In this document: in pieces, positions 56,946 through 64,000 of the stretch
Position numbering within the stretch: the stretch's first letter is position 1
How the letters are laid out: each line of letters starts with the position of its first letter
Assembly: GCA_964016885.1 (NCBI GenBank)
Contig: OZ024753.1
Span: forward strand, 4,092,001-4,156,000
DNA length: 64,000 bases
Source: Eledone cirrhosa
Taxonomy: Eukaryota
Direction of reading: 5' to 3'
Program-made: the position numbers and the translations under genes
The notes under the pieces: generated by a model
What the model saw: the letters and a program-made list of their open reading frames with translations, nothing else
Database searches by the model: none
Told to the model about the DNA's origin: nothing

Positions 56946-58984
56946 GTGTATGTGTGTGAGCGTGTGTGCATATATCCATGGATAAACGGCATATCCATTC
57001 GAATGCATTCGCCATTCATATATTACATCAGACATAGCTTATCGTGTGTTTCAAATGTTAATATTTCGGGGCAATATATAATCTTATGGTTGGTATAATT
57101 AAACGTTCCTAGTGAAAAGACATTTGCATAATTTTACGTTGCCGAAGAAGAAATAAATTGCATATTTCAGGTCATCTAGAGTTTATAGTTATCATAAACC
57201 TTATTTTTGGGTTAGATGGAAGACTTCGGCCACCAGGCATCAGAAAATATGGAAGCTTAAACGGGATGACAGTTTAAATTATACTAATCCAACTACCAGT
57301 AAATGCATAAATGACAGGATAATCTAAATAATTTATGAATAGGAAAACGAAACATTATAGTAGTGAAAGTGGTATAAAACAAAGAAGGGAAAGGATAATG
57401 AAATATTTTAATATGAAAAATAAAATGCATAGTATGCTGAGAACCAAATATTAAAGACCACTGGTGTCACGCATATAGTCAGGCTCCAGGCTATGATGGG
57501 AGGAAATGACGGAGAACGGTGTGGATGTGGAAATAAGAAATGAAATTAAAATGATTCTGCAAAAAATCAAATTAGTGCCAGTAGATGGACCAAAAGTTGC
57601 TCATATCGAGAACTAGGTTTCTGAGAAGGTATACGTATAAATCTGTATTTGTAAAAAAAATATTAAGTCGCCTTTGCCCTTTTGTCCGTGGGGCGCAGCC
57701 AAAACACCACTCTGACCTAGGTGCAGAATTTAAATCTTTCAAGCAGAGCCCCGAATGTATAGTCTGTTTAATTTCTAGTATTAAATAATCTCTCTCTGGT
57801 TCAACTTGACGGTACCCATCTTCCTTACTATAAAATGGGTTTCTCCATCTTCTACATGCCCCTGGTTTTTAACAATTATCAACTGCAAAACAATTGCAGA
57901 TGTATATCTTGAACTGTCTTTTAAGCTCTCCTTTCGTCTTCTAAAACTGGCTAGATATCAGAAACAATTGATGAACAATCGTCAACTCTTCATCAGACCG
58001 ACAATGCCAAAGAACGATAAAAGTAACTGTCAACTTTTAGTTCATAGAAGGATATATAAACTGGAAAAAATGAATAATTATACCATACGTTGTGCCATAA
58101 TATTGAAATTGTGTTCGGAGTTCGATTACGGCAACATGAATTTCAATCAACGGCGCGGCAACAAAATTAATTGAGAGCAATGAACTTGAAAATGGAAATA
58201 TCATAGTTGTTCCTTAGTTAATATCACATAGTTTTTGGGAGTGGCATTTTGCCAAGAATTAATTGCATTGCACGAAATTCCACACCATAAAAGTGTCATC
58301 AATATAGACGTTATTATTAAATTGGAAATTATTATATAAAATAATTACTCTCAATTTAAAATTGACTTTAGATTTGGCAGCAGGAATGTTTATGATTTAA
58401 TTTAATAGAAGAAAATAATAATTACACGCATTTCAACAACAATTATGAAAAAAAATACATTATCTTTTACGTTTCGGGATACCATCTTAGTTTTGAATAG
58501 TATTAGTAAATAACTGCCGACCAACAACAGGCTTCCACACCTAAATGCGTCTTTGTAGTACATCTCAATTTGTGATCAACTAAACAAGATTCACTTTCAC
58601 ATAACAGCAAATCATAACAAATTTCGCATAGTTTGTGCCTCCCAGGTAATGTGTCTCGTTAGGAACACGTAGATTTCAATGATGTACTGTATTTATAAGA
58701 TTTATGATTATGAACAGGTGATAGTGGTGAACCATAAACTAATCAGCAAAGAGTAAGTAAAACGTATTAGACACATCTAACAAAGTGTATTACATCCATA
58801 CATAAATATCTATATATATTAATCAAAGGTAAATTAGTTTCTAATACTTAAACATCTTAATGTGAGAAATCTGTGAGAAATGCAATATTATATAGTAAAA
58901 TTAATTGAAAAAAAAAACTCTATTTCTGGGAGTACAAACAAAATAAATAAAAAGTATTCTATTTAAACTTGCTTATATATAGAT

Positions 58985-59066
58985 CTCCCGACCATGGTTT
59001 GGTATGGGGCGGAATTCTTATTTGAACAACCAATAATTGAAGAATCCGCCACACTCTTCAGGTGAG
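58985..59066 (-). ncRNA. Decayed hammerhead with long stem II
   Basis: CTCAC-CTGAAGA-GTGTGGCGGATTCTT/AAGAATTCCGCCCCATAC-CAAA (GAAA mutated)-CCATGG (palindrome)-TC-GGGAG. Confidence 0.6.
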
Positions 59067-59188
59067 TTTATTTATTCAAGAGCTAAGAGAAATTGAACAA
59101 TATATAATACATACTGTTTCCTTTGCCGAGGCAGCAATGTGGAATAAAAACACGCATAGTGTTCCGTTTTCAAAATCATCTAGGATAC

Positions 59189-59225
<37 letters not shown>

Positions 59226-59437
59226 TATATTTATATATACAGATTGCTTTTGAAAACAGCTGGTGATATGCATGTAAGTAATTATTCTCTTTATCTGATA
59301 TTTTGTAACTAACCTTACATAGATCGATATCGAAGTATAGTTACGATGTATTATCATCACCTAGAAACGATCGTAAAGCAGTGAAGTATATTTCGAATGA
59401 CTAGATTTTTTATTTCATTGTTTTAACTTATATATAT

Positions 59438-59494
<57 letters not shown>

Positions 59495-59497
<3 letters not shown>

Positions 59498-59706
59498 CGA
59501 AGGAAATGTGGTAACGAACCAGGTGGACCATAACGCACCAAAGTACTCAATACTTAGGGTAGTAGAGTGGGTAATAGGAACGAGTAGGACCCCGACGGCT
59601 GAGCTCAAGCCGTTTCGACGGCTAATTCTGGACTAAAAAAAAAAAATTTTAGTCCAGAATTAGCCGTCGAAACGGCTTGAGCTCAGCCGTCGGGATCCTA
59701 CTCGAT

Positions 59707-59710
<4 letters not shown>
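59495..59710 (-). mobile_element. Second fold-back copy of the 9783 family in (TA)n
   Basis: Arms 59575-59638 / 59647-59710 (2 mismatches) with an A-run loop; TA on both sides. Confidence 0.75.
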
Positions 59711-59755
<45 letters not shown>

Positions 59756-60388
59756 ATACTAATAAATGTGAAGACTAAAAGTATATAATGCTCAAACTAG
59801 TGTTCTCGTGCAAGAAAATTAATTCAGAATATACCAAAGCAGCCACGATTTGATGAGAGAGACTAATTTGGTTTCTCTCTTGTTTATTCTACTAAAACAA
59901 TGGAATTATTGGGGAAATCTCTAAATACTTAGATCAACTAGGATTACAAATACTTCAGTTGCGTTTGGGAGAAAAGGCAGTCATCAGAATAGTATCGCAC
60001 CACAAATATTTACATCTATGGTGCGTACGTCATTAGAACACTGCTGGGAGTGTTTATGACATAAATGATATACATACGAATATATCCATCGACTCTAGTT
60101 GTGACTGAACTAAATATATTATTTAACATTTTTGTCTCTCATTAAACAATTTGAGAGAGTGTTTTTCTGGAAACTCACAGGAACATCTTGTATATATATA
60201 CTATTGGTGAATTTAAACGTAATAGAAAATGTTCTATAACATACACACATATAAACAGATAAATCTATTTACAACTGCGTATTTTAATCACCTTTTCAAA
60301 ACAATAAATGTTAAAACTATAAAAAAACATGTGTACAGTTGTCAGAAAGAACAATAACAATTATGCATTCGACCTATCTATCTATCTA

Positions 60389-60688
60389 TGGGTCAATGTG
60401 GCGAAAATGGCCCGGGTGAATGGGCCTTCTCTGTATATAAACCTGTAGGTTGAGGAAAATAAACAGATGGAAAACGGGAACATTTACAAAACGTGTTCCT
60501 GGTGTTGAGGTTTGTTCTATCCACGGGGTGTAAAACAACCCCGCAATAGCGTTACCCCCCCCCCCCCCTAATGGTGATTTGAATTGTTTTATTTTTATAT
60601 AGTTTGTTGTTATATTTTATGTAAAATCCTCGCTGTCACGTCTTGTAATGTCCCATTTCTGTCCGCCCCTGTGGCAAATAAAGAAATA
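60389..60688 (+). mobile_element. Probable 5'-truncated 3' end of a Tx1-like LINE between (CTAT)n runs
   Basis: Short frame WVNVAKMARVNGPSLYINL* (60389-60448), T-rich UTR, AATAAA at 60677. (CTAT)n at 60374-60389 and 60689-60704. Confidence 0.5.
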
Positions 60689-61012
60689 TATCTATCTATC
60701 TATCGTTGATAGTAGACGTGTGTTACTTCGGCTGCAGCCTTTTTGGATTTGTATTACGTTTTTGATTGTGAGTTTGTTTTTCATTTGTTTTATGTGTGTG
60801 ACCTAAACTCCCGCCTCGACTTGCAGACGGGTGGTTATTTTATTTTTACCCCTTTTTGGGGGTAAAAACTACTTTGAAAAATTTGTATACCAACTTACAA
60901 CAATGGACACCATACATGAAAACACCACTGTCACGCCCCCAGGGAAAGTGATAAAGAGGAACAAGTAACTCAACCTACTGAAACTGCCCTTCTCTCGCTT
61001 TCGCATGCGAGT

Positions 61013-62381
61013 ATGGAAGTGGATTTGGCGAACAATTATAAAAACTTGGGTAATAACCCAAACAACGAAAACAGTAAATTAAAAGAATGTATAAATTACA
61101 CTGACAACAACACCAACACAAATAACAAAGAAAATAACACAAACACTCACAAAAGCGAAAACAGCAGCAACAATGACAAAGAAAACAACATAAATGTGAA
61201 CTCAAAACCCGAAAAAATGGGTGAAAACCCAAAAAACTGTACCGCAAACAACCAAACACCCAAGAAAACAAGAACAGCAACGACACACAAAAAAAAACCC
61301 ACTACACGAATATCCTTTGCCCAGGTCGTTAAGGAGACCGAAACCTTCACCCCAATTGACATCAGTAATGCAGTGGAATTGCTAAAAGAGGGGAGAAAAC
61401 AGGTGAACTTTGGTGAAAACGGTGAATTCACCATAATCTCCCCCCAAGGAAATTAAAAGAGACACGGTCCTAAGGACAATTAATTTTATAACTATATCAA
61501 ATGCGTCGAAAAAACCATCTCAATTATCGCATAGCGAAATTGAGCTGGTGTTAAAAGACGCGTTGAAGGACATGATTTTTATTGAGAGAGGGAAGTTATA
61601 TGGGAGTCTGATAATGTTGATGAAGGACCAATTGGTGGCCCCAAAATACTCGGTGATGCCAATTGTGTCCAAACAGTACACTTTCTTCCCCACCTACATG
61701 GGGAAGAAAACTAAAAAAATAACAATCTCCGGTATACCACCAAATACAAATATGTGGTGGATAATAGGAGGGATACTGAACGACGAAGATGAACTCCTTG
61801 ATATAGGCAAAGCCACCAGAGGCCACTTTGGCGGTATTGGCATACAGGTTCTGGTTCTAATGAAACTAGAACGTATCGCAAAGATACCCCAAAGACTGTC
61901 CCTGGAAGGCTCCCAATTTATGAACATTGCAGTTGAGGGTAGGCGGCTCGCTTGCTACCTATGTGGAGGCAGAGGTCACCTGAGGGCTGCCTGTTCTCAA
62001 CAAACTAAAAAACCTTTACTGCCAACACCTTCAAAAACAACACCACCACCACCACAACAACAACAACAAACACAAGTCAACAAAAAACTGAACACGGACC
62101 CACCCAACCCCTCCACACCCCAAAAAACTCCACAAACAAAAACACAATCACCACCACCCCCAAAACAACAAACACAAATCAACAAAAAACTGAACACGGT
62201 CCCACCCAACTCCTCCCAACCTAAAACAACTCCAACAACATACATAACAAAACCTCGAAATAAAACCCCTCCCCTCCAACATGGAAGAGGATCCCTTAAC
62301 GTCATAAGAAGAGGGGGAACCCTTCCAAAAAATAAAGCGAAAAAAAAAGAAAACACATCGCACCAACACAAAGAAAAATAA
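61013..62381 (+). pseudogene. ORF1 (gag-like) of Tx1/L1 element, split by stop/frameshift
   Basis: ORFs 61013-61456 (SFAQVVK) and 61548-62381 (KKITISGIPP, VEGRRLACYLCGGRGHLRAAC = CX2CX4HX4C, Pro/Thr/Lys-rich tail). Confidence 0.8.
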
Positions 62382-62759
62382 ACCCTCCCCAAAACAAAAC
62401 ACAAACAAATACAGAAGAAAAACCCCAAAAAACTACACAGACACAGCTATACGCATACTTCAACACAAAAATATAAAACTTGTAAACAAAATTGAACAAA
62501 ACCCTTCTGTGCAAACCGAAGGGCCAAATTTCACGAAGGACACAGAGAACCTTTCTTTAAAAATGATTAAAACTCTGATAGACATTTATATAGAACAAAA
62601 AGACAATTTTCCTGAAGACGTGGGCGCCCTCTGGTAAAACCAATGAACCGCGTCCTCTTGAAAAAATCCCCCCAGCCACCCCCCCACCCCAGACACCCAC
62701 ACCGCACCAAAACCCCAACCCCACCACACTCTGATGTCCCCACACCACCACAAACCCTA

Positions 62760-63357
62760 GTTAAGGAATGGTTGACGGGGGCTATCCTCAACAGCAGGTG
62801 GTGGGGCTCTCTCAAGAGAGAGATTAGAGTAGTCTCGATAGGTTTTCGTAAGGAATTAGACTCAGATAAGAATAGGGAGTTGGTAGATAGAGTAGAAGAG
62901 GCAATTAGAAGCGGCAACTTAGCCAGAGTGCTAGCGTCGACAACGGCCTTAGACCAGTTTTTCGACGCGAAGCACGAAGGCTGCGTTCTCAGAAGCAAAA
63001 TACGTGCTCTAGGAAATGAGGAGGCCAAAGATGTTGGCTGGGCCCGCGTGACAGAAGCCAACAGTGGGATTAAATCAACTATCCTGCCTTAGAAGGACCA
63101 GGATGGACGGGAGATCCTTGAACCTGGACAGATGTGTGAGGCCTTTCAAAGGCACTTTGCACGACTGTTCGGGAGGGGCGGGGGCCGGATAGGGATATGG
63201 ATTTCGGTCCATACCTCGACGGCCTACCGCGTCTTTCGAACGAGGAGGCTAAGTCCTGCGAAAGGCCGATTTCAGCTGCTGAAATAGGGGACGTGCTGAG
63301 CCAATGCGGCAAATACAAATCCCCGAGTCTCGATGGTCTTCCATACGAACTTTATTT
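62760..63357 (+). pseudogene. ORF2 fragment (linker and start of RT) of Tx1/L1 element
   Basis: L1-clade linker motifs and a KSPGxDGLPxEFY-like motif, with a frameshift near 63085. Confidence 0.82.
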
Positions 63358-63359
63358 AG

Positions 63360-64000
63360 ATTTTTCCTCCTTAGTTCCTTATATTTTTCTTCCTTTCATG
63401 CTCGTCTGACTTTTACATATTACATATTACAATACATAAAAACAAACCCTAACTAATCTCCTTTATTATATTATATTATTACCATTAGAAAATATTTCGT
63501 AAACATATATATTTTGATGTTAGATTTTTTCTTTCTTAAACATTGTCTTCTTTGTTTACAAATGAGCGCAGAAAGCAAACTATTTACATATATTACATTA
63601 CATAAAAACAAACTTAAACACTAAATAATTCCTCTAAGTTCATAACCCATCCACTCTTCTACTTCTTTTCACAGTATATCCTTAATACCATTAATATTTT
63701 AATTTTAATAATACATATTAACAATTTTTTTTCCTCGCACATATTATTAAACCCTTCAATATACAAACCTTAATTTAATATTATTCTTAACACCCTTTTT
63801 CTCTTCATGAACTTTTAATTTCAAATTCTTTTAAATCATCTATTATCTTCCAACGGTTTTTTAACTTCTCTCTGTGAGACAATATATATTTTTCTCAGTT
63901 GTAAAGGCTATCTCTCTCTCTCTGTCACCCATCTCTCCTCCTCTCTCATCATTCCTTCTTATACTCCGCCCCCATCATTCTCTACTTTCATCTCCTCCTC
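63360..64000 (+). mobile_element. 3' UTR fragment of a PLE related to 46568-51674, truncating the Tx1 ORF2
   Basis: Shares TTCCTCGCACATAT, ATTATCTTCCAACGGTT, TTTTTCTCAGTT and CTATCTCT..TCACCCATCTCTCC with 51090-51280. Runs off the window end. Confidence 0.6.

Larger units (their letters stand above)
60705..63357 (+). mobile_element. Tx1/L1-clade non-LTR retrotransposon, degenerate, internally deleted and 3' truncated
   Basis: ORF1 with CCHC knuckle. ORF2 pieces WWGSLKREIR, GCVLRSKIR, HFARLF and LPRLS...ISAAEI...KSPSLDGLPYELY. No recognisable APE domain. Confidence 0.85.

Overview
Very AT-rich eukaryotic DNA dense in microsatellites and repeats. I see no supportable host gene exon, and almost all ORFs in the track are (TA)n/(CA)n artefacts. 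The repeat content (tRNA-headed SINEs with a Meta-like core, kb-scale TA arrays) suggests an invertebrate, plausibly an octopus; this is inference. The centrepiece is a young Penelope-like element (PLE) at 46568-51674. It has an uninterrupted RT + C-terminal GIY-YIG ORF with a CxCx5C linker, enclosed by ~1.39-kb near-identical inverted arms, each ending in a type I hammerhead ribozyme (HHR). Short PLE-like 3' stubs from several families are scattered through the window, mostly within or beside (TA)n. They carry intact, variant (U3:A8 core) or decayed hammerheads, and several are fold-back palindromes that turn at or inside the ribozyme. Other content: a decayed second PLE (20.5-21.9 kb), a Tx1/L1-like element with a CCHC ORF1 sitting in (CTAT)n (60.4-63.4 kb), RTE and CRE fragments, about 10 SINE copies, a TTAA piggyBac-type MITE and probable Helitron ends. 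All motif and pairing calls were read by eye; no folding or database search was run.
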